Source of the DNA: Oscillospiraceae bacterium
Lineage (GTDB): Bacteria; Bacillota; Clostridia; Oscillospirales; CAG-272
DNA: 64,000 bases
Direction: 5' to 3'
NCBI GenBank assembly: GCA_015064285.1
Contig: SVSN01000004.1
Span: 23,350-87,349, forward strand
The position numbers and the translations under genes are program-made. The notes beneath the pieces were generated by a model, which saw only the letters and a list, made by a program, of their open reading frames with translations, ran no database searches and was not told the DNA's origin. Each line of letters opens with the position of its first letter. The stretch's first letter is position 1. Positions 20,426 to 29,950 of the stretch are shown in pieces.

Positions 20426-22168
20426 TTATTCTTCTGTCCGGATCAGAGCGTCTGTATCATGGATTCCGCACATTCCGGCGTAGATGCCGGCAAGCTGCAA
20501 AAGCTGTTCATGGGTACCTTCTTCGGCGATTTTTCCGTCCTTCAGAACAATGATCCGATCTGCTTTCCTGACTGTGGACAGACGGTGGGCAATGGCGATC
20601 AGGGTATGTCTGCCGGTCAGGTTTTCAATGGCTTTCTGGATCTGGGCTTCTGTTTCATTGTCCACAGCAGAGGTAGCTTCGTCCAGCACCAGAATGGGTG
20701 TTTTCCGCAGAACAGCACGGGCAATGGCCAGCCGCTGCTTCTGTCCGCCGGAAAGCCGGACACCCCGTTCCCCGATCATAGTCTGATAACCCTGAGGCAT
20801 GGCACGGATAAACTCATCCGCGCAGGCAATCTTCGCCGCCTCGTACACAGCATCTTCCGTGGGATTGTCACAGCCATAGGCGATATTGTCATACACCGTA
20901 CCGTTGAACAGGAATACATCCTGCAGTACAATGGAAATGTTATCTCTGAGGGATTTCAGCGTGGCTTTCCGGGTGTCGAAACCATCGATGGAAATTGTCC
21001 CTTCCTGAGGATCGTAGAAGCGTTCCAGCAGGGAAACAATGGTGGTTTTTCCCACGCCTGTTGCCCCAACCAATGCAATCATCTGCCCCGGTTCTGCCCG
21101 GAAGGAAATATCGTCCAGCACCTTTGCTTCTTCCCCGTAACCAAATGTCACGTTTTCAAACGCAATACCGCCGTTCCCGACAGGCATATCCACAGCATCG
21201 TCAGCTTCTTTGATTTCGCTTTCCGTATCCAGCAGTTCCAGCACCCGGTTTCCGCAGGCACCTGCCACCTGAATATCTTCCGCCAGTCTGGCAAGCGCCG
21301 ACAGAGGACTGTAGAACAGGGACAGATACATGAAGAACCCCACAATATCCGCTGTGGACATGGTTCCCCGCATAGCAAAGACACCGCCAACACCCATCAC
21401 GATCACCGTACCGATGGAAGTCATGAATTCCACGGACGGGTAGTACATGGCATTGTAGTAATTGGCACGGACATTCACAAATATGTATTTTTTACAGTAT
21501 TCTTTCATGCTGAGAGATTCCGCGCCTTCTTTCCCAAAAGCCTGAATCTCCTTCATCCCGGAAAGATTGTCCTGCGTTCTGGCATTCAGCCCGGCCAGCA
21601 CTTCCTGATTGATTTTGAACAGAGGGGCAATTCTGGTGATGAACACCCTGGACAGAATAAATATAAAGGGGACCGGAACCAATGTAAACAGTGCAAGGGT
21701 GGGATTGATGGTGAAAATCATCACCGTCACACCCAGAATCACGATTATGTTCATGGTCATATCCGGCAGAGAGTGGGCGATCAGGACTTCCAGCTGTCTT
21801 GTATCGTTGATCATCCGGGACATAATCTCCCCGGTCTGCTTGTTGGAATAATACCGCATGGACAGAGACTGCAGCTTATCGTAGCACAGGGAGGTCAGAT
21901 GCCCCACAAAATTCCATGCCGCCACATGGGACTGCCACAGCGCCAGAAACCGGCATACACCCCGCAGCAAATAGGCGCCAACCATGATCCCGACATACAT
22001 CAGCAGAATCCCGCCTGTCAGTTTTTCCGGTTCCGAAAGCAGCGCCGTCAGCCGTCTGACCGCCTCCGGTGTCACCAGATTCAATAGAGATGCCGCCACC
22101 AGGGTCAGCACCGTAATCAATAGAGATCCCCACCAGGGCCTGGCAATCTGCAGCATTCGTCTGATCAT
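20426..22168 (-). CDS. ABC exporter, fused permease/ATP-binding protein
   Basis: N-terminal transmembrane domain; [16 protein letters not shown] and LDEATS motifs. Confidence 0.93.
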   Translation of the reverse strand: MIRRMLQIARPWWGSLLITVLTLVAASLLNLVTPEAVRRLTALLSEPEKLTGGILLMYVGIMVGAYLLRGVCRFLALWQSHVAAWNFVGHLTSLCYDKLQSLSMRYYSNKQTGEIMSRMINDTRQLEVLIAHSLPDMTMNIIVILGVTVMIFTINPTLALFTLVPVPFIFILSRVFITRIAPLFKINQEVLAGLNARTQDNLSGMKEIQAFGKEGAESLSMKEYCKKYIFVNVRANYYNAMYYPSVEFMTSIGTVIVMGVGGVFAMRGTMSTADIVGFFMYLSLFYSPLSALARLAEDIQVAGACGNRVLELLDTESEIKEADDAVDMPVGNGGIAFENVTFGYGEEAKVLDDISFRAEPGQMIALVGATGVGKTTIVSLLERFYDPQEGTISIDGFDTRKATLKSLRDNISIVLQDVFLFNGTVYDNIAYGCDNPTEDAVYEAAKIACADEFIRAMPQGYQTMIGERGVRLSGGQKQRLAIARAVLRKTPILVLDEATSAVDNETEAQIQKAIENLTGRHTLIAIAHRLSTVRKADRIIVLKDGKIAEEGTHEQLLQLAGIYAGMCGIHDTDALIRTEE

Positions 22169-22339
22169 GGAAAATACCTCACTTTCCGCTTACACTATGG
22201 CTATTCTACCACAGCTTTCCGGGAATGGCAATAGAATTTCCGATTTTCTCCACAGATTCCTTTCTCCCTTCGGTTGTTTCTCTTGCATTATTAAATCCTG
22301 TATGGTATACTGATAAAAATTCATTTCAGAGAGGTATCC

Positions 22340-23521
22340 ATGCAGTACCGTACAGACAAATACGGCAATCCCATCTCCATTCTTGGATTCGGCTGTATGC
22401 GCTTTCCCCAGACCCTGGGTATTCCGCAGATGGAAGAAATCGAAAAGGAAATCATGACGGCCTACCGTGCCGGAGTAAACTATTTTGACACCGCCTATAT
22501 CTACCCCGGCAGCGAATCGGCGCTGGGTGAGGTTCTGTCGAAAAACGGCATCCGGGAAAAAGTGCACATCGCAACCAAGCTGCCCCACTATCTGGTACGG
22601 AAGGCGGAAGACATGGAGCGGATTTTCACAGAAGAACTGAAAAGACTTCGGACAGATTATATAGACTATTACCTGCTCCATATGCTCAGTGATATCCAGT
22701 CTCTGAACCGGCTGCTGGAAATGGGATTTGCAGAATGGCTGGCGGAAAAGCAAAAATCCGGCGCCATCCGGCAGATCGGTTTCTCCTACCACGGCAACAC
22801 GGATATGTTCCGGCAGCTGATCGATGCTTTTGACTGGGATTTCTGCATGATCCAGTACAACTACATGGACGAACACACCCAGGCCGGACGCAGAGGACTG
22901 CAGTATGCCCACAGCAAAGGCCTGCCGGTGTTCATCATGGAACCGCTGCGGGGCGGGAAGCTGGTCAGCCGCCTGCCGGAAAAAGCAAAGAAGATTTTCG
23001 CGGAATATCCCACAAAGCATACCCCTGCCGGCTGGGCATTCCGCTGGCTCTGGAATCAGCCGGAAGTCACCTGTGTGCTGTCCGGTATGAATTCCGATGC
23101 CATGGTACAGGAAAATCTGCAGACCGCATCGGAAGCGAACGTGGGGGATCTGGGGCCGGCAGAGGAAGCCATGCTGAAAGATGTGGTGGACGCCATCCAG
23201 GCAGGCATGAAGGTTGGCTGCACCGGCTGCGGGTACTGTATGCCCTGTCCCAAAAATGTGGACATTCCCGGTACCTTTGCCGCCTATAACCGGCGTTATG
23301 CGGAAGGAAAATTCTGGTCGTCCGTGGACTACATGATCTGCACCGTTCTGCGGAAGGATCCTACCTCCGCCTCCAACTGTATCGGCTGCGGCAAATGTGA
23401 GAACCACTGTCCCCAGCAAATCGCCATCCGGGAAGAACTGCAGAATGCCTGCAGGGAGCTGGAAGGGCCGCTGTATCGTGGCATCCGCCGTGGCATCGCA
23501 AAACTGAAGCTGTTCGGCTGA
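22340..23521 (+). CDS. Aldo/keto reductase with C-terminal Fe-S domain
   Basis: LGFGCMRFP, NYFDTAYIY, MEPLRGG, CTGCGYCMPCP and CIGCGKCENHCPQ motifs. Confidence 0.92.
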   Translation: MQYRTDKYGNPISILGFGCMRFPQTLGIPQMEEIEKEIMTAYRAGVNYFDTAYIYPGSESALGEVLSKNGIREKVHIATKLPHYLVRKAEDMERIFTEELKRLRTDYIDYYLLHMLSDIQSLNRLLEMGFAEWLAEKQKSGAIRQIGFSYHGNTDMFRQLIDAFDWDFCMIQYNYMDEHTQAGRRGLQYAHSKGLPVFIMEPLRGGKLVSRLPEKAKKIFAEYPTKHTPAGWAFRWLWNQPEVTCVLSGMNSDAMVQENLQTASEANVGDLGPAEEAMLKDVVDAIQAGMKVGCTGCGYCMPCPKNVDIPGTFAAYNRRYAEGKFWSSVDYMICTVLRKDPTSASNCIGCGKCENHCPQQIAIREELQNACRELEGPLYRGIRRGIAKLKLFG

Positions 23522-23766
23522 ACCGAATCTGCATACAAAAAACGGAGTTTCCCGTATCGGAAGCTCCGTTTCTGTTTTTCATATCGTATTCGTCAGCCAG
23601 TATTTTTCCTGTACTCAGCCGTTAAGAGCCACAAATCTGGCCACAACATCCTCTTATCTTCCGTTTTTTCAGGCAGGCATAATGCTGTTCCTCTTGACCC
23701 CGGATATACGGGATGGTATAATAGATACATACAATCCTTCCCTGAAAGGTGTTTTCCGGATAACCT

Positions 23767-24312
23767 ATGACAGAAAACCTGTTTATTATTCCGCAGAAAT
23801 CCATAGCTGTGCGGCTTTCTCTCATTATCATGGCCGCAGCCGGGATCATCAGGATCCTTTATTTCTGCCTGACACCGTTGACACCGTATCTGTTCTGGAT
23901 TCATCTGCTGCTCCCCATCTCTGCGGTGGTGCTGTTTCTGGTGACAGTTCTGCTGTGGGGAGAAAAAGCGCCCCGGCGGACGGTGATTTCTGTGTTTCTT
24001 GGTGTACTGTTCTTCTTTCTCAAATCCTTCACCTTCGCCACGGTACTCCACACAGTGCTGTGCATCCTGCTGTATCTGACGGTGCTTGTTTTATACAGTC
24101 TGACCATCTTCGGTGTGATCCGTACCAAATATCTGCTCTATCCGCTGTTCGGTCTGCCGCTTGCCTACCACATTTTTGTGGAAGATATGCAGCTCTACGT
24201 GTTTGCCGATCCGCCGGTGCCCTTCGTGGAATGGCTGCCGGAAATTTCGGTGCTGTGCATCATGGCCTCCCTGCTGATGCTGGCCTTCGGCATCCGGAAA
24301 CGGGAAGAATAA
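23767..24312 (+). CDS. Hypothetical integral membrane protein
   Basis: About 6 hydrophobic segments; TTGACC-N17-TATAAT promoter, GAAAGG RBS and downstream terminator. Confidence 0.75.
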   Translation: MTENLFIIPQKSIAVRLSLIIMAAAGIIRILYFCLTPLTPYLFWIHLLLPISAVVLFLVTVLLWGEKAPRRTVISVFLGVLFFFLKSFTFATVLHTVLCILLYLTVLVLYSLTIFGVIRTKYLLYPLFGLPLAYHIFVEDMQLYVFADPPVPFVEWLPEISVLCIMASLLMLAFGIRKREE

Positions 24313-24374
24313 AAAATCACTGCTGTCTTTCGGGAATCCCTCCCATAAGACAGCAGTTTTTCATCGTCTGCAAA

Positions 24375-25364
24375 TCAGTTTTTCTCTATTGCAGCGGCTT
24401 TCTCCTTGGCACGGATCACAACCCGCAGCGGGTGCAGTTCTTCCTCTATTCCCACAGGCATGGGATCCCCATAACGCAGATGCCGCAGGAGCAGATCCAG
24501 AAAATCGGTACAGTCAGAATCTGTCCGGTCGATTTCGCCCTCGTCCCTGTCGGTATAAATGTGACTGTGCCGACCGCCATCGGTAATCTCAATCATTCCT
24601 TTGGTACCGAACACACGTACGTGTTCGTTTCCCCATACCGGAAAACCTGTAGGATTGAGGTAATTCATACAGATAGCAGCCACACCGCCGTTTTCCAGCG
24701 TCATAGACAGAACCGCGGCTGTGTACAGCCCTCCTGTCGGCACACCGTTCAGTTCAGCGTTGCCCAGATGGGTTTCTCTGGCTTCGATATCCGTTACCCG
24801 CAGGCCGGTGATATGCTCGATAAAGCGCATGGCATGGATGCCCACCCAGCGGATCAGGCCGCCGTCGGTTTCTTCATCCTGAGGACGCAGACCGGGCCGC
24901 ATGGGATAGGATTTCTGGGCGTACACCTGTACTACCTGACCGATTTTCCCCTCTCTGACCAGCTTCCGCATGGACCACCAGGGTTCAAAGAATACCGTGT
25001 CGGCAATTTCGTGGAATTCCTTCCCGCAGGCTTCTGCCGCCGCAAGTACCCTGTCCAGCCCCTCTTCCGTCAGCACCGCCGGTTTTTCCGCATACACATG
25101 ACATCCGGCTTTCAGACAGAGAATGGCGTCCCTTTCCTGATCGGCACGTCTGGATGAACAGAGGCAGACCATGTCGATCCCGCCAGCCGCCAGCATTTCT
25201 TCCAGTGTATCGTATCTGGGAATGTTCTCCCAGCCCGGCAGTTTTTTCCATTCCGAATCCGTCATGCACGCTGCTGCAATCACACCGTCCGGATGACTTT
25301 TCAGCCGGTTGTGGATCTGGTGGCCATTCATGCCGTGAAGTCCGATACGAATTTTATCCATCAT
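24375..25364 (-). CDS. Gfo/Idh/MocA family oxidoreductase
   Basis: HVYAEKP and GGLIRWVGIH motifs. Confidence 0.85.
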   Translation of the reverse strand: MMDKIRIGLHGMNGHQIHNRLKSHPDGVIAAACMTDSEWKKLPGWENIPRYDTLEEMLAAGGIDMVCLCSSRRADQERDAILCLKAGCHVYAEKPAVLTEEGLDRVLAAAEACGKEFHEIADTVFFEPWWSMRKLVREGKIGQVVQVYAQKSYPMRPGLRPQDEETDGGLIRWVGIHAMRFIEHITGLRVTDIEARETHLGNAELNGVPTGGLYTAAVLSMTLENGGVAAICMNYLNPTGFPVWGNEHVRVFGTKGMIEITDGGRHSHIYTDRDEGEIDRTDSDCTDFLDLLLRHLRYGDPMPVGIEEELHPLRVVIRAKEKAAAIEKN

Positions 25365-26548
25365 TATACCTCAGCCCAGTCTGCTGCAGACTTTCCGGGG
25401 TCTTTATAGCATTCAATCAGATCTGCCCACAGGCCATCTGCGTATACTCTTTCTTCCGTCCGCACCAGTCTGTCTGCCGTAATATTCCGTACGGTTTCAT
25501 TCTGCTGAAGCCGGTTGATGACACGGGTGTGGGCACTGGCCGCTTCCAGCCCGCAGGGGTATTCTCTTGTGTCTCCGCTAACCGCAGCGGCAATGGCGGC
25601 TTCCAGCTTTTCGTATTCATCCGCAAAGGGGTTGCCGTAGTCGATCCGTTCACCGTCGGCAGTCACAGCCACCACCTTTCCGTATTCCGTATAGGTTTCC
25701 GGCATCACGGACAAAGACAGCTCGTTCTTCGACTGGGAATAATACACGTCTGCCTTCTCGAAATGGAAGTGGTACGTGGGATTCAGCAGCTTGTCCACCG
25801 CATGGGAAGCGATAAAGCAGGCTTTTGTACCGCCGGGGAAGGTCAGATCCACCTTGCAGGTGTCAAAGTTTTCAATACTGTTGGCGCGCAGGAGTTCGCC
25901 CTTCACGGAATCCGGTACAGCGGCTTTTCCGTCTTCGCCAAGTACAAACAGCATATTATGGAGATAATGCGCGGTGGCGTTGTTGGCAATGCTGTCATAG
26001 ATCAGCGCACCGTCTGCCGCCGCCACCTTTCCTGCCCATCCGGAACCTCTCCGGTAGTAAGCCAGATCCCGGGGCCAGAGCACGATGGTACGCATATCCA
26101 GACACTTGCCGAACTTTCCGGAGCTGATATCCTTTTTCAGTGCCAGCGTTGTAGGGGCATAAGACCACTGGTAGCCGATGAAAACAAATCTTTCCGCATC
26201 CCGGCTGGCATTTTTCAGGATTTCAATATCCTTTTCATCTGCACAGAGCGGCTTTTCACACAGCACATGGGAGCCGTTTTTCAGTGCCGTCAGAATCTGA
26301 GGCGTGTGATACTGGATAGGCGTGGCGATTACGGTCAGATCCACCTTCTGTGCTGCGTACAGCTCTTCCATGGTAGCGTACACCGGAATCCCGGCCGCCT
26401 CCAGATCCCCCAGTCTGGGACAGCTCTGGGGATAGGGTTCCACTACACCCACCGGCTGAATCCGGGGATCGTTTTTATCGAGAATATATCGGGTATACAG
26501 CATGGCATAGCCGCCGATGCCGCACAGGGCAATGTTGATTTTGGACAT
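25364..26548 (-). CDS. Gfo/Idh/MocA family oxidoreductase
   Basis: GIGGY, IATP and HVLCEKP motifs; start at 26548 after AGGAGG. Confidence 0.88.
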   Translation of the reverse strand: MSKINIALCGIGGYAMLYTRYILDKNDPRIQPVGVVEPYPQSCPRLGDLEAAGIPVYATMEELYAAQKVDLTVIATPIQYHTPQILTALKNGSHVLCEKPLCADEKDIEILKNASRDAERFVFIGYQWSYAPTTLALKKDISSGKFGKCLDMRTIVLWPRDLAYYRRGSGWAGKVAAADGALIYDSIANNATAHYLHNMLFVLGEDGKAAVPDSVKGELLRANSIENFDTCKVDLTFPGGTKACFIASHAVDKLLNPTYHFHFEKADVYYSQSKNELSLSVMPETYTEYGKVVAVTADGERIDYGNPFADEYEKLEAAIAAAVSGDTREYPCGLEAASAHTRVINRLQQNETVRNITADRLVRTEERVYADGLWADLIECYKDPGKSAADWAEV

Positions 26549-26729
26549 AAAAAGCCTCCTTCTCTGTAAACAGATTTTACTTTCGGTTTTATTATACAGG
26601 AACACTTTCCGAAATGCAAGCGTTTTTCGTTTACACATTTTCTTTTCGCTGGGAACACCGCAGATTTTCTTGACAGAACCGCAGAACATCTGCTACAATA
26701 GAATCAGAAATCACACAGGGAGAATCTGT

Positions 26730-28202
26730 ATGACAAAACCAAATGTACTGCTTATTATCACGGATCAGTGGCGCGGAGATTGTCTCGGGTGTGCCGGACA
26801 TCCGGATGTGAAAACACCTTATCTGGACACCCTCTGCGCTGAAGGATTCCGGTTTACCCATGCTTACAGTGCTACCCCCACCTGCATTCCCGCCAGAGCC
26901 GCCCTGTACACCGGGATGGCTCAGGAAAACCACCGTCGTGTGGGGTATCAGGACGGGATACGCTGGGACTATCCGAATACCCTTGCCGGTACTTTCGCCG
27001 ATGCGGGCTATCAGTGCCACTGTGCCGGGAAGCTTCATGTACATCCCCTGCGCAGCAGCATGGGATATCATTCCGTGGATCTGCATGACGGGTATCTCCA
27101 CTACTACCGCCGTCCGGAGCGTACCTACAGCGAAAACCAGCGGATTGCGGACGACTATTTCTACTGGCTTCAGAAAGAGCTTGGCATAGATGCGGATCCC
27201 ATCGACACAGGGATCGACTGCAATTCCTGGACAGGGCGTCCCTGGCCTTATGCCGAAAACACCCATCCCACCCGCTGGGTCACGGACAGAGGCATTGATT
27301 TTCTCCGGAAGCGGGACAGAGACAAACCCTTTTTTCTGACCCTTTCCTATGTCCGTCCCCACCCGCCGTTTGACGCACCGGAACCCTTCTGGGCCATGTA
27401 CCGTGGAAAACGTATGACGCCGCCCAAAAAGGGGGACTGGGACGATACAAACAGGCTGGCACGGGACGGGTGGATTGCGGACAGTGAAACAGGTCCTGCC
27501 GATCCGGAGCTGATGGAGTTGGCGCAGATGGGATATTATGCCGCCATGACCCAGGTGGACTTTGAAATCGGCAGACTCCGGGATGCCCTGTTCGCCCAGG
27601 GTCTGGATCGCTCCAACACCATCATCGCTTTTGTCTCCGACCACGGAGAGCTGCTGGGAGATCACTGCCTGTTCCGCAAGAGCCTGCCCTATGAGGGAAG
27701 CGCCCATGTGCCGTTTATCATTTCTGCCTCCCAGGAAGCGCTGGAGAGAGCCGGGTATACTGGGGAAACGAATGTCACAGGTAAGCTGGCGGAGCTACGG
27801 GATGTGATGCCCACACTGCTTTCCCTCTGCGGTATAGCTGTCCCGGACACCGTGGACGGGATCAACCTGTTCGGAGATAGAGAGCGTACATACCTTCATG
27901 GAGAGCATCTGTATGACGGGGAATCCTGTCAGTGGATTGTGTCCCACGAAGACGGACACACGGAAAAGTTTGTTTGGTTCTCCGGCAGCGGAAAGAAACA
28001 GTATTTCAACCTGACCGATGATTCGGATGAAACCCACAACGGGATTTCGGACTCCCGGTACGCCGCCCGGATTGCAGTATTGGAAAAAGTACTGACCGAT
28101 ATGCTGACCTGGCGGGAAGAAGGCTTTGTCCGTAACGGAAAGCTGACCCCCGGCGCTGTATGCCGCCCGGTACTGGAACACAGTCTGCGTGAGTGCCGGT
28201 AA
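26730..28202 (+). CDS. Cys-type sulfatase (S1 family)
   Basis: DQWR, CIPAR (CxPxR), GKLH, SDHGE and YEGSAHVP motifs; start at ATG 26730. Confidence 0.93.
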   Translation: MTKPNVLLIITDQWRGDCLGCAGHPDVKTPYLDTLCAEGFRFTHAYSATPTCIPARAALYTGMAQENHRRVGYQDGIRWDYPNTLAGTFADAGYQCHCAGKLHVHPLRSSMGYHSVDLHDGYLHYYRRPERTYSENQRIADDYFYWLQKELGIDADPIDTGIDCNSWTGRPWPYAENTHPTRWVTDRGIDFLRKRDRDKPFFLTLSYVRPHPPFDAPEPFWAMYRGKRMTPPKKGDWDDTNRLARDGWIADSETGPADPELMELAQMGYYAAMTQVDFEIGRLRDALFAQGLDRSNTIIAFVSDHGELLGDHCLFRKSLPYEGSAHVPFIISASQEALERAGYTGETNVTGKLAELRDVMPTLLSLCGIAVPDTVDGINLFGDRERTYLHGEHLYDGESCQWIVSHEDGHTEKFVWFSGSGKKQYFNLTDDSDETHNGISDSRYAARIAVLEKVLTDMLTWREEGFVRNGKLTPGAVCRPVLEHSLRECR

Positions 28203-28277
28203 AAATGAGAATACAACAAAACGCCTGTATGGATTCTCGTCCGCACAGGCGTTTTTGCGTATTGTCTATTCCATGTC

Positions 28278-29768
28278 TCACGGATGGAGCTTGGCGTAAG
28301 CATCCTTCAGTGCCGGATACAGCGTCCGGTAGATGCCGTAGTAGTGCATATACTGTTCGTGTGCCGCAGCATCGGGCTGGCAGGACGCACCGTCACGCAC
28401 AGCTTTTTCGCAGCCTTCCTCTACGGAAGCGTACACACCGGCAGCGCATCCGCCCAGAATGGCCGCACCCAGTACCGCGCCTTCGCTGGACTGCATCAGC
28501 TTCACCGGTACACCGTACACATCGGTGAACATCTTCCGCCAGAAATCGCTCTTGGCACCGCCGCCGCAGAACGCCATGTCACTGCATTCGATATCGTTTT
28601 CCCGGAGCACTTCCAGGCAGTTGTACAGGGAGTAGGCAACCCCTTCCATCACTGCACGGGCCATGTGTTCCTTCGTATGGATGGCAGACAGGCCGAAGAA
28701 TACCCCTCTGGAACGGGCGTCCAGAATGGGGCTTCTTTCCCCCATCAGGTAAGGCAGGTAAATCAGATCGTCCGCACCGATGGGCAGCTTGTCACAGGCT
28801 GCGTCCAGCTCGGGATAGCTGTACTCGGAAGCCAGCTGACCACGGAACCAGTTCAGGGACAGTCCTGCCGCCAGAGTGCAGCCCATCACGTGCCACGCAC
28901 CGGGTACCGCACAGCAGAAGGTGTGGATACGTCCCTGTTTGTCGATATGGAGATCCCTGGTGTGGGCAAATACTACACCGCTTGTACCGATGGTGGTGAA
29001 AGCTTTGCCTTCTTTACACACGCCGGTACCGATAGCCGCACAGGCATTGTCACCGCCGCCCCCCGCAATGGGGATTCCGGCGCAAAGGCCAACCTTTTCT
29101 GCCACTTCCGGCAGCAGGTTTCCGGTCACATCCGGGCTTTCGTACACTTTGGGCAGCAGGCTCATGTCGATATCCAGCGCCCCGCAGACTTCCTCGCTCC
29201 AGTCCCGGTTGGCGATGTGCAGAAGCTGCATCCCGGAAGCATCGGACGCATCGGTAGCGAAAGTACCGGCCAGCTTGTAGCGGATATAGTCCTTGGGCAG
29301 CAGAATATGACGTACCTTTGCCCAGATTTCCGGCTCGTTCTGCTGTACCCACAGGATTTTTCCGGCGGTAAAGCCTTCCAGCGCAGGGTTGGCGGTGATC
29401 TCGATCAGCTTTTCTCTGCCCAGTCGGCGTTCGATTTCCTGACACTGTGCCGTGGTTCTGCCGTCACACCACAGGATCGCGTTGCGCAGCACATTGCAGT
29501 CTTCGTCCAGCAGCACCAGACCGTGCATCTGCCCGGACAGACCAATGGAAACGATATCTTCCTTTCCCACGCCGCACTTTGCGGTTACGGCAGCAATGGA
29601 TTCGGTCACTGCATTCCACCAGTCGGCGGGATCCTGTTCCGCCCAGCCGTTTTGAGGCTGATACAGGGGATACTCCACCGTAGCGGAGGCAATACCGTTT
29701 CCGGCTTCGTCAAACAGCATGGTTTTGGTACCCGATGTACCGATATCGATACCCAGTAAATATTTCAT
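28278..29768 (-). CDS. xylB: Xylulokinase (FGGY kinase)
   Basis: GIDIGTSGTK, SGQMHG, GGGDN and YLPYLMGERSP motifs. Confidence 0.9.
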   Translation of the reverse strand: MKYLLGIDIGTSGTKTMLFDEAGNGIASATVEYPLYQPQNGWAEQDPADWWNAVTESIAAVTAKCGVGKEDIVSIGLSGQMHGLVLLDEDCNVLRNAILWCDGRTTAQCQEIERRLGREKLIEITANPALEGFTAGKILWVQQNEPEIWAKVRHILLPKDYIRYKLAGTFATDASDASGMQLLHIANRDWSEEVCGALDIDMSLLPKVYESPDVTGNLLPEVAEKVGLCAGIPIAGGGGDNACAAIGTGVCKEGKAFTTIGTSGVVFAHTRDLHIDKQGRIHTFCCAVPGAWHVMGCTLAAGLSLNWFRGQLASEYSYPELDAACDKLPIGADDLIYLPYLMGERSPILDARSRGVFFGLSAIHTKEHMARAVMEGVAYSLYNCLEVLRENDIECSDMAFCGGGAKSDFWRKMFTDVYGVPVKLMQSSEGAVLGAAILGGCAAGVYASVEEGCEKAVRDGASCQPDAAAHEQYMHYYGIYRTLYPALKDAYAKLHP

Positions 29769-29779
29769 AAAACAACTCC

Positions 29780-29950
29780 TTATTCTTTATCTATCCCATC
29801 CAGTACTTTTCTGTACGGCATGAGCATTCCTTCGTTCATTTTGTTTCCCATTTTGGCGAGTACTTTCGGGTTCGCCAGCAGGGTGATGCTGTATTCCCCT
29901 TTGGAACTGCCGTTCAAAACCAGAATGTGTATGGGGTACCTTTCTGTCAT
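29780..29950 (-). pseudogene. Internally deleted remnant of a flavodoxin-like NAD(P)H-dependent oxidoreductase
   Basis: 56-codon ORF containing HILVLNGSSKGEYSITL followed directly by LANPKVLAKMGNKMNEGMLMPYRKVLD; the probable original start reads ATA behind a GAAAGG RBS. Confidence 0.65.

Noticed and set aside
19064-22087. 1007-aa plus-strand ORF and other long antisense ORFs (e.g. 6327-8282, 10574-12529, 40914-42356)
   Set aside because: Same shadow-ORF effect, opposite clear genes
23580-23690. Possible gene remnant between the AKR terminator and the next promoter
   Set aside because: Short frames with stops and no recognisable family
26615-26628. cre/LacI-like TGCAAGCGTTTTTC, and a similar TGGAAGCGTTTTTT near 52147
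   Set aside because: Imperfect palindromes that coincide with minus-strand -35 elements and A-tracts; insufficient support for an operator
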